From positions 21,699,557-21,763,556 of the forward strand of contig NC_057719.1 in the NCBI RefSeq assembly GCF_004010195.1: a stretch of DNA of 64,000 bases, given 5' to 3'. A program made the translations under genes and the position numbers. The notes under the pieces were generated by a model. The model ran no database searches and was not told where the DNA came from. It worked only from the letters and a program-made list of their open reading frames with translations. This document shows, piece by piece, positions 63,095 through 64,000 of this stretch; the stretch's first letter is position 1, and every line of letters begins with the position of its first letter. The stretch is from Chiloscyllium plagiosum. Lineage: Eukaryota.

Positions 63095-63490
63095 ACAAAA
63101 TCTTGTCTTTCAGTAGTGCTTTTAGCATAATGAAGCATCCCATGTCATTTCACAGGAATGTCATTTTAACACCAAGCTACTTAAGGTGATACTCGGGCAC
63201 GTTGACAAAACTTGAGTCTGAGATACGTTTTAAGCAGAATATTAAGGGACAAACAAAGTAGTAGAGATGGAGATATTTAGAGAATGAATTCAAAGGTTTG
63301 GTCCAAGGGAACTGAAGGCATTCAGGCACAATTAGGATCAGGACTTCAAAGTACATTGTTAGACATGAGTGTTTATCTAATTGTTTTTGGGACGTGTAAG
63401 ATTAAAGAGATGGGAAGGGCTGAGGTCATGAAGGGATTTAAAGCCAGGGTGAGAATTTTAAAATTGATGCACAACATAACTGGGAACAAA
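63095..63490 (-). mobile_element. L2-like LINE 3' relic
   Basis: Similar to 8205-8415; AGGGTGAGAATTTTAAAATTGATG is the reverse of the FKIL motif. Confidence 0.55.
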
Positions 63491-63492
63491 CG

Positions 63493-64000
63493 TAGGTAAA
63501 ACCAATGACTGCAGATGCTGGAAACCAGATTCTGGATTAGTGGTGCTGGAAGAGCACAGCAGTTCAGGCAGCATCTGAGGAGCAGTAAAATTGATGTTTC
63601 GGGCAAAAGCCCTTCATCAGGAATACAGGCAGAGAGCCTGAAGGGTGGAGAGNNNNNNNNNNNNNNNNNNNNNNNNNNNNNNNNNNNNNNNNNNNNNNNN
63701 NNNNNNNNNNNNNNNNNNNNNNNNNNNNNNNNNNNNNNNNNNNNNNNNNNNNNNNNNNNNNNNNNNNNNNNNNNNNNNNNNNNNNNNNNNNNNNNNNNNN
63801 NNNNNNNNNNNNNNNNNNNNNNNNNNNNNNNNNNNNNNNNNNNNNNNNNNNNNNTCTGCTAGGAGGCGCTCAGTCTCCCCAATGTAGAGGAGACCGCATC
63901 GGGAGCAATGGATACAATAAATGATATTAGTGGATTTGCAGGTAAAACTTTGATGGATGTGGAAAGCTCCTTTGGGGCCTTGGATGGAGGTGAGGGAGGA
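63493..64000 (-). mobile_element. PLE family A longer copy: GIY-YIG endonuclease + 3' repeat with hammerhead; runs off the window
   Basis: 64000-63855 translates open as SSLTSIQGPKGAFHIHQSFTCKSTNIIYCIHCSRCGLLYIGETERLLA (Neptune-type GIY-YIG by inference); minus strand ATTCCTGATGAAGGGCTTTTGCCCGAAACATC at about 63593-63624; the link crosses a gap. Confidence 0.85.
63653..63854. other. Assembly gap (N run)
   Basis: Run of Ns. Confidence 0.99.

Noticed and set aside
1..64000. Host protein-coding genes among the listed ORFs
   Set aside because: Every ORF with recognisable motifs is CR1, L2 or PLE-derived. The rest are short, lack recognisable domains and form no consistent exon chain.

Overview
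Eukaryotic, AT-rich, transposon-dense DNA with no recognisable host protein-coding gene. The repeats (HE1-type tRNA-derived SINEs, HER1/CR1-type LINEs with an esterase ORF1, Deu-type SINE and L2 relics) point to a cartilaginous fish, probably a shark; this is inferred from repeat families only. The window reads as intronic or intergenic. It holds two near-full-length decayed CR1 LINEs (23564-27574 minus, 57941-61890 plus), many CR1/L2 fragments, seven HE1-like SINEs (all minus strand), one solo LTR and four assembly gaps. The notable signal is about 20 Penelope-like element (PLE) remnants from about five families (my labels A-E). Most carry a minimal type I hammerhead ribozyme motif (CUGANGA - helix II - GAAA - palindromic helix III). 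Many are short head-to-head palindromes flanked by 8-15 bp target-site duplications (TSDs). PLE hammerheads are an established phenomenon; their density, family diversity and insertion geometry here merit follow-up. Family names come from pattern recognition without a database search, and boundaries of old relics are approximate (tens of bp).
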